DNA from: an uncultured Desulfovibrionaceae bacterium
Lineage (GTDB): Bacteria; Bacillota; Dethiobacteria; DTU022; UBA8154
Assembly: GCA_964581355.1 (NCBI GenBank)
Contig: CAZOOA010000003.1
Span: forward strand, 8,503 to 72,502
Reading direction: 5' to 3'
Length of the DNA stretch: 64,000 nt
Shown here in pieces: positions 39,341 through 49,678 of this stretch. A program made the position numbers and the translations under genes. Each line of letters starts with the position of its first letter. The first letter of the stretch is position 1. Below the pieces are notes generated by a model. The model had not been told where the DNA came from and searched no databases. It saw only the letters and a program-made list of their open reading frames with translations.

Positions 39341-41293
39341 ATGAAACAGCCGCTCTGGATCCCCAGTGAAGCCCGTATCAAGGAAGCCAATATGACTGAC
39401 TTTACCAGGAGGGTAAATGATCGGTTTGGCAAGGAGTTTTCCACTTACGAAGAACTGTACCAGTGGTCTATTGACAGTGCCCCGGATTTTTGGGAATTTA
39501 TGTGGGAATATGGCCAGGTCAAGCATTCCTCTCCCTACCAGCGGGTGGTCAGTAACATGGACAAAATGCTGGAATGTAAGTGGTTTGAGGGAGCAAAGCT
39601 AAACTTTGCAGAAAATTTGCTTCGTTATCGCGATAACCATACAGCGTTAATTTTTAAAGGAGAAGGGCAGGAACTGGTTTCGATTACCTATGAAGAGCTG
39701 TATGACCAGGTAGCACGTTTAAGTAAGTCGCTCCGGGAAATGGGGGTTAAAGTTGGAGACAGGGTCGCCGGCTTTATGCCCAACATGATTGAAACAGTGG
39801 TGGCTATGCTGGCCACAACCAGTATTGGGGCCATCTGGTCTTCCTGCTCTCCCGATTTTGGTGTGCAGGGGGCTTTGGATCGTTTTGGTCAAATAGAGCC
39901 AAAAGTTTTGTTTACCGCCAACGGATACTTTTACAATGGGAAAAGCCACACTTCCCTGGTGAAAGTGAAAGATATCGTAGCCCAGATTCCTTCAGTGGAA
40001 AAAATCATTGTGGTGCCCTATACCGAGGAAAAGGCTGATATCAGCGGCCTTTCCGATGCGGTTTATTATTCTGATTTTATCTCCTCGCAAAGTGGGCTGG
40101 AAGTCGAATTTGAGCAGCTGCCCTTTGATCACCCTGTTTATATTATGTATTCTTCCGGCACCACCGGAGCACCGAAATGTATCGTGCACGGTGCAGGAGG
40201 CACATTGATTCAGCATCTCAAGGAACTTATTCTGCATACAGATGTGAAACGGGATGATGTTGTCTTTTATTTTACTACCTGCGGCTGGATGATGTGGAAC
40301 TGGTTGGTCAGCACGCTGGCCGTGGGAGCTGCTGTCCTGTTGTATGATGGCAACCCCTTTTACCCGGATGCCGGTATATTATTTAAGGTGGCTGAAGAAA
40401 CAGGAATGACGGTATTTGGTACCAGCGCCCGCTACATTGCTTCCCTGGAGCAGGCTGGCGCCAAGCCAGGCCGGGACTATAATCTTGGTTCGGTAAAAAC
40501 CATGACCTCTACCGGTTCTCCGCTTTCCATCGAAGGCTTTTATTATGTTTACAGGGAAGTCAAAGAAGACATATGTCTTTCCTCCATCTCAGGTGGAACG
40601 GACATTATCTCCTGTTTTGCCCTGGGCAACCCCACGCTTCCGGTTTACCCGGGAGAACTCCAGTGCAGGGGCCTGGGCATGAAAGTGGAGGCATTTGATG
40701 ATAACGGCAACCCGGTGATAAACCAGCAAGGTGAGCTTGTTTGCACTCTGCCTTTCCCCTCCATGCCTGTCTATTTCTGGAACGATGAAGACAATGCCAA
40801 GTATCGCTCCGCATATTTCGAAGTTTATTCCAACGTCTGGCACCACGGGGATTATATTGAGATCACTGATACCGGTGGAGTGATTATCTACGGACGTTCT
40901 GATGCCACATTGAATCCTGGCGGAGTGCGTATTGGAACGGCGGAAATCTACCGGCAGGTGGAAACATTCCCCGAAATAGTTGACAGCCTGGTCATTGGCC
41001 AGAAGTGGGGAGACGATGAACGGGTGGTCCTCTTTGTCAAGCTCGCTGAAGAAGTAACGTTAAATGATGAACTGGTTACGAAAGTGAAGCAATCGATTAA
41101 GCAGGGTGCCAGTCCGCGGCACGTCCCGGCCAAGGTTTTGCCCATCGAAGATATTCCCTATACCATCAACGGTAAAAAAGTGGAGATTGCCGTCAGGAAA
41201 ATGGTTCACGGCGAAGAAGTGAAAAACCGTGAGGCCCTGGCCAACCCGGAGTCACTGGATTTATATCAAGACATTAAGGAATTGCAAGCATAA
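39341..41293 (+). CDS. Acetoacetate--CoA ligase (acetoacetyl-CoA synthetase)
   Basis: WFEGAKLNFAEN, WSSCSPDFG, YSSGTTGAPKCIVHG, WMMWNWL, GRSDATLNPGGVRIGTAEIY, NGKKVE. Confidence 0.92.
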   Translation: MKQPLWIPSEARIKEANMTDFTRRVNDRFGKEFSTYEELYQWSIDSAPDFWEFMWEYGQVKHSSPYQRVVSNMDKMLECKWFEGAKLNFAENLLRYRDNHTALIFKGEGQELVSITYEELYDQVARLSKSLREMGVKVGDRVAGFMPNMIETVVAMLATTSIGAIWSSCSPDFGVQGALDRFGQIEPKVLFTANGYFYNGKSHTSLVKVKDIVAQIPSVEKIIVVPYTEEKADISGLSDAVYYSDFISSQSGLEVEFEQLPFDHPVYIMYSSGTTGAPKCIVHGAGGTLIQHLKELILHTDVKRDDVVFYFTTCGWMMWNWLVSTLAVGAAVLLYDGNPFYPDAGILFKVAEETGMTVFGTSARYIASLEQAGAKPGRDYNLGSVKTMTSTGSPLSIEGFYYVYREVKEDICLSSISGGTDIISCFALGNPTLPVYPGELQCRGLGMKVEAFDDNGNPVINQQGELVCTLPFPSMPVYFWNDEDNAKYRSAYFEVYSNVWHHGDYIEITDTGGVIIYGRSDATLNPGGVRIGTAEIYRQVETFPEIVDSLVIGQKWGDDERVVLFVKLAEEVTLNDELVTKVKQSIKQGASPRHVPAKVLPIEDIPYTINGKKVEIAVRKMVHGEEVKNREALANPESLDLYQDIKELQA

Positions 41294-41379
41294 CTCCTCC
41301 GGTGCGGTGTTGACAGGGTTGCTCTGGTGTTTTTTCCGTAGATGCTATGTACATTACCTGAGAAGGAGGAGGGAATATA

Positions 41380-42993
41380 TTGGCTACCTTAGAAGAAAGA
41401 AAGCAGCAGAATTACGAGTTTTGGCTGCAGAAAGACCAGGAATTGCTTGAACGCCGGGAAGAGGCTTACAATGTGGGAGGCGAAAAACAGAAAGAGCGGC
41501 TGGCCAAGCAGGGCAAAAGTCCGGTTAGGGAGCTTATCAGCCAGTTGATTGACCCCGACAGTGATTTTTTCGAGGTGGGGTTGGATGCTGGTTATGATAT
41601 CGGTTATGAACAGCAGCAGCATATCCCCGGTGGAGGAATGGTTACCGGTGTGGGCAAAGTTCATGGCAAAGATTGCATGATTTTTGCCAATGAAAGCCGC
41701 ATGACTGCGGGAACCTACTACCCTATTACCTTGAAAAAGCACATGAGAGCTCAGCGTATCGCCGAAGAATGCGGCTTAACCTGCATTTATATTGCCGACT
41801 CCGGAGGACTGTTTTTGCCCCTGCAGCTGTATGCATTTGCCGATGAAGGAATGTTTGGTTCCATGTTCTATAACATGACCCGCATGTCAGCCAAGGGTAT
41901 TAAACAGTATACCCTGAGCACTGGGGGCAACACCGCCGGCGGTGCTTATATAGTTTACCTGGCCTGTGAATCTATTATGATCGATCAGATGGCCTATGCT
42001 TTCCTGGCTGGGCCTCCCATGGTGCGTTCGGCTATCGGAGAAGAAGTCAGCGCGGAAGACCTGGGGGGCGCCTATGTGCATACCCAGCATTCCGGGGGGT
42101 GTGACCATTTTGTCAGGAGTCAGCAGGAAGGGATCGCCAAGCTAAGAGAAATCATCGCTTTTGACCCGCCCCAGGAAACCCAGATTCACCGCTTTCCCTC
42201 CTGGAATGAACCCCACTTTAGTTCGGGTGATTTGATGGGGGCAGTCCCTTCCGACCCGTACCGTCCCATCAATGTGCGGGAAATTATCCAGTGTGTTGCG
42301 GATGACAGTTACTTTCAGGAATACAAGGCCAATTATGCTCCGGGACGGGGTGATTCCATTATCTGCGGCAAGATGTGGCTTAAAGGGATGCCCGTCGGGG
42401 TTGTGGCCTCCAACGGGACCGGAGTTATTTACATTGAGGCTGCCCGCAAGGCCACAGAGTGGGTTCTGCGCTGCGGCAACGATAAAACGCCTCTGCTGTA
42501 TATTCAAAACTCACCGGGATACATGGTGGGAAGCAATGAGGAGTGGGGCGGTATCGGGAAATACGGTGCAGACATGGTCCGGGCCTGCGCCTGTGTGGAT
42601 GTCCCCAAAATACAGTGGGTTATCGGTCCCGACCATGGAGCGGCAAACTACGGCATGTGTGGCCGGGCTTATCGTCCCCGGTTTGTTTTCCACACCATGC
42701 GGGCACGGACCACGGTTATGGCCGGCAAAACTGCGGCCTTTATTCTCGAAACCATTGAGAGGAAAAACAAGAAAGTCAAAGGCGAGGAAATTGATGAAGA
42801 GAAAATGACTGCGTTTCGTGAGAAAATGGTCGAAGGCTATGACCGGGAAGGGCATCCTTACGTGACCGGTTCCCTGCTTTATCACGACGGGATTCTTACC
42901 TGGGCTGAATCGCGCGACAAGCTGGCTCGCGCTTTTGAGGTCTCCCTATACCAGCCTATTCCCGATTCTCACTTTGGAAACCTGAAGTTTTAG
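41380..42993 (+). CDS. Acyl-CoA carboxylase carboxyltransferase subunit (3-methylcrotonyl-CoA carboxylase beta-like)
   Basis: AGTYYPITLKKHMRAQRIA, DSGG, TAGGAY, LAGPPMVRSAIGEEVSAEDLGG, GAANYGMCGRAY. Confidence 0.85.
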   Translation: MATLEERKQQNYEFWLQKDQELLERREEAYNVGGEKQKERLAKQGKSPVRELISQLIDPDSDFFEVGLDAGYDIGYEQQQHIPGGGMVTGVGKVHGKDCMIFANESRMTAGTYYPITLKKHMRAQRIAEECGLTCIYIADSGGLFLPLQLYAFADEGMFGSMFYNMTRMSAKGIKQYTLSTGGNTAGGAYIVYLACESIMIDQMAYAFLAGPPMVRSAIGEEVSAEDLGGAYVHTQHSGGCDHFVRSQQEGIAKLREIIAFDPPQETQIHRFPSWNEPHFSSGDLMGAVPSDPYRPINVREIIQCVADDSYFQEYKANYAPGRGDSIICGKMWLKGMPVGVVASNGTGVIYIEAARKATEWVLRCGNDKTPLLYIQNSPGYMVGSNEEWGGIGKYGADMVRACACVDVPKIQWVIGPDHGAANYGMCGRAYRPRFVFHTMRARTTVMAGKTAAFILETIERKNKKVKGEEIDEEKMTAFREKMVEGYDREGHPYVTGSLLYHDGILTWAESRDKLARAFEVSLYQPIPDSHFGNLKF

Positions 42994-43070
42994 TGGTTAA
43001 TTGATCAGGCTTTTGCCTGGGCCTAACGGTCCGGAAAAAATATTAAATCATTTAAAAGGAGTGAATTGTT

Positions 43071-44174
43071 TTGGCAGACAAGTTTCAAATGAATTTCCCC
43101 AAGAAAGTGCGCTTAGGAGACATCACAGTCCGCGATGGTTTTCAGCATGAAGAAAAATTTCTTTCCACCGATGCCAAAGTCTATTACGCAGAAGAAATGA
43201 TTCTTGCTGGCTTTAAAAGGGTGGAGTTGACCAATTTTGGCAACCCCCAGGGGATGCCCCAGTTTAAGGATGCAGACGAACTGTTCAAGCGGGTGCGGGG
43301 CAGCAAAAAGCTGCAGCGGGCCGGCATAAATTGGGACGATATTGAACTAACAGCTATTACCATCCGGGAAAGAGCAGTGGACCGGGCGATTCAGGCGAAA
43401 AAGGACGGATATGGCCCCGACCGGATCCTGATGATGGTTTCCACGGACGAGGAGCACCACTATGCCAATTCCGGCACAACACTGCCTGATTATTGGAAAG
43501 AAGCGGAGCGCTGCATTAAGAAAGCGGCCGACGCCGGAATCAAGATGTGCGGTTGTGTCAGCACTATCTGGGGCAGTCCCATCAGTGGTCCGACCCAGCT
43601 GGAAGAGGCTGTTAAATTCACCAAGTACTTCCTCGATATCGGTGCGGCGGATATTGAGCACGCTGACCACGATGGTTCAGCTCCCCCTGATCAGGTTTAC
43701 CGCTACTTTTCCATGATTTTGGATGCGCTGCCCGACACAGACCTGCATGTGGCCCACTTCCATGCCACCCGCGGTTGGGGTTTGGCCAACATCCTTGCTG
43801 CGCTCAATGCAGGCATCGATATCTTTGAAGGGACCCTGGGAGGTCTGGGTGGCCAGCCAGCCAACTTTGTGGACGACTGCCCCGTCCCCGGAACTGGTTC
43901 TTATTACTACAAGGACCCCAACGTTGTGGGCTTAACCCAGATGGAGGATATGGTGGTTATGATGGACGAAATGGGTATCGATATGGGTGTTGATGTAGAC
44001 AGGGTCCTGGAGTTGGGCACATTGATGGAAAAAACCATCGGCCGGCGTTTGCGTTCAGAAGCCATCTTGAACGGCCGCATTCCCAAGGAGGCCCGCCCGC
44101 AATACAAGCGTGCCGGTCTCCAGGAGAAAAAGCAGGAATTCGGTGAAAAGACAGGACAGAAGTTCCCCGAGTAA
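43071..44174 (+). CDS. Divergent HMG-CoA lyase-like (DRE-TIM) enzyme
   Basis: RDGFQ, HFH metal ligands, GGLGGQPANF in place of the GLGGCP loop. Confidence 0.75.
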   Translation: MADKFQMNFPKKVRLGDITVRDGFQHEEKFLSTDAKVYYAEEMILAGFKRVELTNFGNPQGMPQFKDADELFKRVRGSKKLQRAGINWDDIELTAITIRERAVDRAIQAKKDGYGPDRILMMVSTDEEHHYANSGTTLPDYWKEAERCIKKAADAGIKMCGCVSTIWGSPISGPTQLEEAVKFTKYFLDIGAADIEHADHDGSAPPDQVYRYFSMILDALPDTDLHVAHFHATRGWGLANILAALNAGIDIFEGTLGGLGGQPANFVDDCPVPGTGSYYYKDPNVVGLTQMEDMVVMMDEMGIDMGVDVDRVLELGTLMEKTIGRRLRSEAILNGRIPKEARPQYKRAGLQEKKQEFGEKTGQKFPE

Positions 44175-44256
44175 AAGGCAAAATGTCAATCGCTATAGTA
44201 GCTTAATAGGGTTGACATAACTGCCCTGTGCTTGATTGAATAAAGGGGGGAAAGCA

Positions 44257-45039
44257 ATGACCTGGGAGACAATCCGGGTGGAAGTGAAGGAGAATGTTGC
44301 TGTTATCACCTTTAACCGCCCCGATGCCCTCAACGCTATCAGCACGCAGTTGGCCAGTGACGTAATCTCTGTGATGAGAGAGTTGGCCGATGAACGAGAA
44401 GTTTGGGCTGCCATCTTGACTGCAGAAGGGGAAAAAGCCTTTTGTGTGGGGGCCGACTTGAAGGAAAGAAAAAACATGAGCAAGGAAGACATGATCAAGC
44501 AGCGGGAGTTGTTTGTCCGGGCTTTCAGAGCGGTATCTGAATTTCCCAAGCCGCTTATCGCTGCAGTGAATGGTTTTGCCATGGGCGGAGGCTTTGAGTT
44601 TGCCCTGGGCTGTGACCTGATCTATGCTTCGGATAATGCTGTGTTGGCTCTTCCAGAGGTTGGTCTGGGTATTATTCCCGGTGGAGGCGGGACCGTCAAC
44701 CTGCCCCGCTTGATCGGTAAAAGCAAGGCCAAGGAACTGATTTTTACCGGTCGGCGCCTCACTGCAGCGGAAGCAGAAGAGTGGGGAATTGTCAGCAGAG
44801 TGGCTCCCCGGGATGAACTGTTAAATGCCGCCCGGGAACTGTGCAGCGAAATCACGAAAAATGCCCCTGTGGCAGTTTGGCAAGCCAAAAAATCTGTTAA
44901 CCTGGGCATGGAAGTGGACATTGCCAGTGCTTTTGCCCTGGAGGCGGAATGCTATAATGTCTGCTTGAAGACGGAAGACCGTGATGAAGGACTTAAGGCG
45001 TTTAATGAGAAAAGAAAGCCTGTCTATAAGGGCTATTAA
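44257..45039 (+). CDS. Enoyl-CoA hydratase family (probable methylglutaconyl-CoA hydratase)
   Basis: AFCVGADLKER, GFAMGGGFE, LPEVGLGIIPGGGGT; context of a liu-type cluster. Confidence 0.88.
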   Translation: MTWETIRVEVKENVAVITFNRPDALNAISTQLASDVISVMRELADEREVWAAILTAEGEKAFCVGADLKERKNMSKEDMIKQRELFVRAFRAVSEFPKPLIAAVNGFAMGGGFEFALGCDLIYASDNAVLALPEVGLGIIPGGGGTVNLPRLIGKSKAKELIFTGRRLTAAEAEEWGIVSRVAPRDELLNAARELCSEITKNAPVAVWQAKKSVNLGMEVDIASAFALEAECYNVCLKTEDRDEGLKAFNEKRKPVYKGY

Positions 45040-45218
45040 GTGTCATTGTGTTGAACCTGCAACCGAGGGGCCGGCTTTGGCTGCTTTTGGACGGAACAGC
45101 CGGCCCCATTCAGGTTCACTTGGCCTTGTACGCTTGTGCAATGCAATGGAATGGGGTGATTGTTTAAACTTGTTTTCCGGTTCTGAGTCAGATTGAATAA
45201 TTACAGGAGGTGTTTGGG

Positions 45219-46379
45219 TTGGATTTTACATTTACCCAGGAACAACAGATGCTTGGAGACGAGGTTTACAGATGGGCGTGTGACTGGCTGGAGCCAAAAA
45301 TGGAAGAGATTGATGAAAAGGATGAATTTCCAGAAGATTTCTTTAAAGAAACAGCAAAGATGGATCTTAATGGTATTACCATTGATGAAGAGTATGGAGG
45401 TGCGGGGCTTGGCTATACCGAGGCCTGTATCGTTGCCGAAAATTTAGGTCGAATCTCTTCCTCTTTCGCCATGAACTGGGGGGCGCATCTCATCTTGTGC
45501 GTTGATAACATTCAACGCAATGCGTCCAAGGAGCAAAAGGAAAAATACCTGCCACCACTGGTTAATGGTGAAAAAGTAGGTTGTCTTGGTATTACAGAAC
45601 CCGATTCCGGTTCTGATGCCATGTCGATGCGGACTACCGCAGTCCGTGAAGGGGATCACTATATTGTAAATGGCAGTAAGACATTTATTACCAACGCCCC
45701 GGTAGCAGATTTAATGCTGTTTTATGCCAAAACAGCGCCGGACAAAGGGGCTCATGGTATCAGTGCTTTAGTTATGGATCTGGATACACCCGGTTATAGC
45801 TGTAATAAAATTAAAAAGTTTGGTATGCGGGGATCTCCTACAGGTGAGCTGGCCTTTAACGATGTCAAAGTGCCAGCGGATAATTTAGTCGGCGAGGAAA
45901 ATGGCGGAGTGAAAATATTGACGGGCGGCCTTTGCACAGAAAGGATCGTCCTTTCTGCTTGTGCCTTGGGTACCATGAGGGCTGCCATGGATTTAAGCGT
46001 AAAGTACGCCAAAGAGCGGCAGCAGTTTGGTCGTTCTCTCGGCAGCTTTCAGCTGATTCAGCAAAAACTGGCCGACATGTATTGTGCTTACCAAACCGCC
46101 AAGTGGTTGATATACTATGCAGCCTGGTATGTGGATCAACTGGAAGATAAGCGGGGCGGAAAGGGGACAGAGCTGGATAAGATTGCGGCTTCAGCTATCC
46201 TCTATGCTTCTGAAGCCTGCACCAAGGTCTGCCTGGATGGTGTGCAGATCCACGGTGGTTACGGATACTGCCTGGAATACCCCATACAAAGGCACCTCAG
46301 GGATGCCAAACTTTGGGAAATTGGTGCTGGAACTTCAGAAATAAGAAGGATGATTATTGCCCGCGAGATGTTGCGATAA
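45219..46379 (+). CDS. Isovaleryl-CoA dehydrogenase-like acyl-CoA dehydrogenase
   Basis: GLCTERIVL (IVD-type catalytic Glu position) and [12 protein letters not shown] (GAG in place of YEG). Confidence 0.85.
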   Translation: MDFTFTQEQQMLGDEVYRWACDWLEPKMEEIDEKDEFPEDFFKETAKMDLNGITIDEEYGGAGLGYTEACIVAENLGRISSSFAMNWGAHLILCVDNIQRNASKEQKEKYLPPLVNGEKVGCLGITEPDSGSDAMSMRTTAVREGDHYIVNGSKTFITNAPVADLMLFYAKTAPDKGAHGISALVMDLDTPGYSCNKIKKFGMRGSPTGELAFNDVKVPADNLVGEENGGVKILTGGLCTERIVLSACALGTMRAAMDLSVKYAKERQQFGRSLGSFQLIQQKLADMYCAYQTAKWLIYYAAWYVDQLEDKRGGKGTELDKIAASAILYASEACTKVCLDGVQIHGGYGYCLEYPIQRHLRDAKLWEIGAGTSEIRRMIIAREMLR

Positions 46380-46416
46380 TACGCAAGCTTTAAAAGTAAA
46401 GTTGTAAAAAAAGCGG

Positions 46417-46445
46417 CCCCCCGGCCATTTGTTGGGGCCGGGGGG
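46417..46445. terminator. GC-rich hairpin closing the liu-type operon
   Basis: CCCCCCGGCC / GGCCGGGGGG 10-bp stem preceded by an A-run. Confidence 0.55.
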
Positions 46446-46712
46446 AAATTCGCCGCAAGTAGACTGACAATTTTCTATATCCAAACAAGGCATTAAAGAT
46501 GCTCTATTCATAAGCTTTTAAATTTACTGAAAAAAGTTTTGATCAAAAAAAGGAGTTTGCGAAAAAAGGTAGAATATTTAATAGTGAAATGAACTAAACA
46601 TATACCAAAATGAACAAAATCATGGTTCCTTGAACGGGAATGAACTGGACTATATTCAAATCTTGTTTATATCAAGTTGATTACATAATTACTTTTTCAG
46701 GAGGTTGTTTTC

Positions 46713-47180
46713 GTGGGTAAAAAACGGAAAAATAAGGAGATACAAACCAAAGAAGCTAAAAAAGAAACTTTTAGCTCAAAAATGAAAAAAGCAAAAGAAC
46801 AAAATGAGTTGAACTTTGAGAACAACCCGCAACCCAAACCAGCAGAAGAAAAAGTGGACATTGCAGAGCTTCCCGAAGAGGAACAAAAAGTTACCCTGGA
46901 TGTTTTGGAAAAAGAACGTGTCCGGCGACTCACCTTTAATACTGAAGAAGAAAAAAGAATTTGGAATAAGATGAACAAAAAACGCAAGCTCAATACACCT
47001 TATTTTTTGCTGGGTGTAGGCATTAACTTCTTGCTTTACTGGGGCGGGGTGGATCTGTCTCAAAATATCAGCGTGGGGGCTATTGTGGGGCTCGGCGTTC
47101 CCCTGGCAACTATGTTTATCGGTGCAGAACTTCATTACCGTTTTTTTATGCAGCCCAAGGAACAGCACATGCAGCGTTAA
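46713..47180 (+). CDS. Hypothetical protein, charged N-terminus and two C-terminal TM segments
   Basis: GGAGG RBS; K/E-rich N-half; two hydrophobic helices. Confidence 0.7.
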   Translation: MGKKRKNKEIQTKEAKKETFSSKMKKAKEQNELNFENNPQPKPAEEKVDIAELPEEEQKVTLDVLEKERVRRLTFNTEEEKRIWNKMNKKRKLNTPYFLLGVGINFLLYWGGVDLSQNISVGAIVGLGVPLATMFIGAELHYRFFMQPKEQHMQR

Positions 47181-47535
47181 AAAACAAAGAAGGAAGGAGT
47201 AAGTATCAGAATATCCTTGGAATGTTTTTAAAGGAGAGCTTGTAAACAGGTAATCACGACAGGTGTAAGGCGCAAAATAGTCGGATAATTGCAAGAGTTC
47301 AAAACTTTATATTTTGAGAACGTTTGGTTAAAGGGGGTGATGTTTTCTGTCTAATTGCACTGTGTAAGCATAAAGGGCGAGGAGGTGAAATATAATCAAG
47401 CATTTTTAGTATCAGAAAGCAATTAAGTGTTAAGTAGTAGATTGTAACTTGCTTCACTTAAAAGGAGGTATTCATACTTATTCTACGTTGTTATTTGTAA
47501 GTTGATTTATAATTCATAAAAGGGGGTAAGTTCCC

Positions 47536-47799
47536 TTGTTTAAAGACATTCATCCCAGTTTCTGGTGGGGAATTGCCATTTTCTACGGGTATTGTATGGT
47601 CTTCATGATCATTGAAATGAGTGTCCCGGGTTTTATTTACCACACGAAAATCGGAGCGGCCCCAGCGGCCTATATCTATTCGTTGACTGTAGGCTTGTAT
47701 ATCATCCCGTTGATTGTATCGTTTATGTGGTTTTACCTGCCTGAACAGGACCAAAAACGCAGGGCTGCACAGAAGTCCGGGAAGGGGGTCGACCAGTAA
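47536..47799 (+). CDS. Small two-TM accessory protein of the solute symporter (DUF485-like position)
   Basis: Two TM helices; stop overlaps the symporter start. Confidence 0.75.
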   Translation: MFKDIHPSFWWGIAIFYGYCMVFMIIEMSVPGFIYHTKIGAAPAAYIYSLTVGLYIIPLIVSFMWFYLPEQDQKRRAAQKSGKGVDQ

Positions 47800-49448
47800 T
47801 GGCTGAAGTAAACCCTATTGTTATTATCACTGCGATTATCTATTTTATTGCCATGATTGTGATCGGCTACATGACCCGGAAAGCATCTGCGGACCCCATG
47901 GATTACTATGTAGCCGGCAGGAAGATCGGCGCATTTATCAATGGGTCGGCTCTCTCGGCAACGTATTTTAGCCCTGCAAGCTTTATGGGACTTCCAGCTT
48001 TCGTCTTTCTGCTGGGCTATCCTTTCTGGTGGGCCATGGTAGGGATTATCGGCGGATTGCCTCTGGCTTCCATGTTGACAGCGGCGCCGCTGCGTAAGTA
48101 TGCGCCTGTGTCTTTTACTGATTATTTCGCAGACCGCTATGAAAGCGAAAAGGCCATGCGAGTCGTGGCCGGCTTGCCGACAATCCTGGCTGGCTGGGCT
48201 TATATCGTCCTTTCTCTGGTGGGGATGGGACTGTTTATGATGGCTATTTTGCGGGTAAATTACGGCGTGGCGGTTGTAATCGGAACCATTATTATCTTCG
48301 TTTATGTGTTCCTGGGCGGGATGGTGGCTACATCCTTTTCCACCGGTTTCCAGGGGATTATTATCACTATTGCGGCCCTGGTTGCCGCCTTTGCCGTCAA
48401 TGCACATTATGGTGGCTTTGGCGCTACAGCAGATGCGGTTTTTGCCAACAACCCCGAGTTTTGGGCAGCGCCCGGAAGCGGGCATCTCCCAGGTGCATCG
48501 CCAGGTGATACTGCCCACCCGCTTATGTCGTACTGGACCGGCATGGTGAGTTTCTTCTTTGTCTGGCACTTCGGCTTTTCCACCATGCCTTATACCATCG
48601 TCCGCTTCTTTACAGCGATGGATGTAAATTCCGCACGGCGGGCTGTTTTTTGGGCTGTGGTGGTTGGTGGGGCAATGTATTGGGGGTTGGTCCAAATCGG
48701 AACAGCAGCTCGTGCGCTGATTGAGTCCATGCACCCCTTGCTGGATCCTGCGGCCGGGATCGAAAGCGCGGAGCAGGTGCTCGCCACCATTCAGGGTATT
48801 TACCAGATCGGGGGTGTGGCTGTCACCGACTATTCCATGGTGGCCGGCCTGGAAGCTCTGGGCAACCCGGTCTTGATGGCAATCCTGGTGGCTGGAGGCA
48901 TGGCTATCGCCATGGCTACAGGTGCAGGTTTCGTTATGGTGCTCAACGTTCTCTTCAGCCGGGATATTATGGGTAAAGTAATTGGCAACAAGTGGGCGAT
49001 CGAAAACCCCGTAGCCGGCATGCGACTGTGGACAACAATTATCCTGATCATTTGTGCCATTTTCGCTTTGAACCCCTTTGCTTTAGTTCTTGACCTGTCA
49101 GGCTGGGCCTTTATCGTGATTATCTGTACCACCGGGGTCCCCCTTATCTTTGGAATCTGGTGGCCGCGGGCAACCAAAACGGCTGCTTTTGCTACGATAA
49201 TTCTTTTCCTGATTGCCACCTGCTTTACCTGGTTGTATTCGCATATGGTTATAGGAAGTGCTCACTTCTTTTTCTGGTACCATGCCTTTGTGCCGCCGGC
49301 AGAAGCAGAACAGATCATTGCGACAGGCCACCAGAACTACTGGATTCCCTTGTCAATTATCTTTTTCATCGTGGTATCACTTTTGACAAAGCCTTGTTCC
49401 GATGAGACAATTAAAAAATATTGCACGGGACTAACCAGGGATGAATAG
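47799..49448 (+). CDS. Sodium:solute symporter (ActP-like monocarboxylate transporter)
   Basis: DYYVAGRKIG, SATYFSPASFMG, P..IVRFFT; about 13 TM segments. Confidence 0.9.
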   Translation: MAEVNPIVIITAIIYFIAMIVIGYMTRKASADPMDYYVAGRKIGAFINGSALSATYFSPASFMGLPAFVFLLGYPFWWAMVGIIGGLPLASMLTAAPLRKYAPVSFTDYFADRYESEKAMRVVAGLPTILAGWAYIVLSLVGMGLFMMAILRVNYGVAVVIGTIIIFVYVFLGGMVATSFSTGFQGIIITIAALVAAFAVNAHYGGFGATADAVFANNPEFWAAPGSGHLPGASPGDTAHPLMSYWTGMVSFFFVWHFGFSTMPYTIVRFFTAMDVNSARRAVFWAVVVGGAMYWGLVQIGTAARALIESMHPLLDPAAGIESAEQVLATIQGIYQIGGVAVTDYSMVAGLEALGNPVLMAILVAGGMAIAMATGAGFVMVLNVLFSRDIMGKVIGNKWAIENPVAGMRLWTTIILIICAIFALNPFALVLDLSGWAFIVIICTTGVPLIFGIWWPRATKTAAFATIILFLIATCFTWLYSHMVIGSAHFFFWYHAFVPPAEAEQIIATGHQNYWIPLSIIFFIVVSLLTKPCSDETIKKYCTGLTRDE

Positions 49449-49678
49449 TAGGGATGAATAGATGGATGCGTTTTGCGTTTTGAATTTGTCCTGGCTTGAA
49501 GCTGAAGCAGGGACAATTAAGAGATAAGCTGTGTTAGATTTGAAGGGGCCGGGAGGGCCACCCCCCCCGGCCTTTTCACGGGAAAAGTGTGACCATATTT
49601 TCAATTTTGTGAAAAAAATAATAAGTTAGCAGCACTGTTATATTTATACCTATAATTATATCTTAAGGAGGAGATAAG

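Noticed and set aside
47733-48734. 333-aa ORF antisense to the symporter
   Set aside because: Shadow of a hydrophobic membrane-protein gene; no motifs
49609-49626. Rex operator upstream of the acyl-CoA synthetase
   Set aside because: Only the TTGTGAA half-site matches
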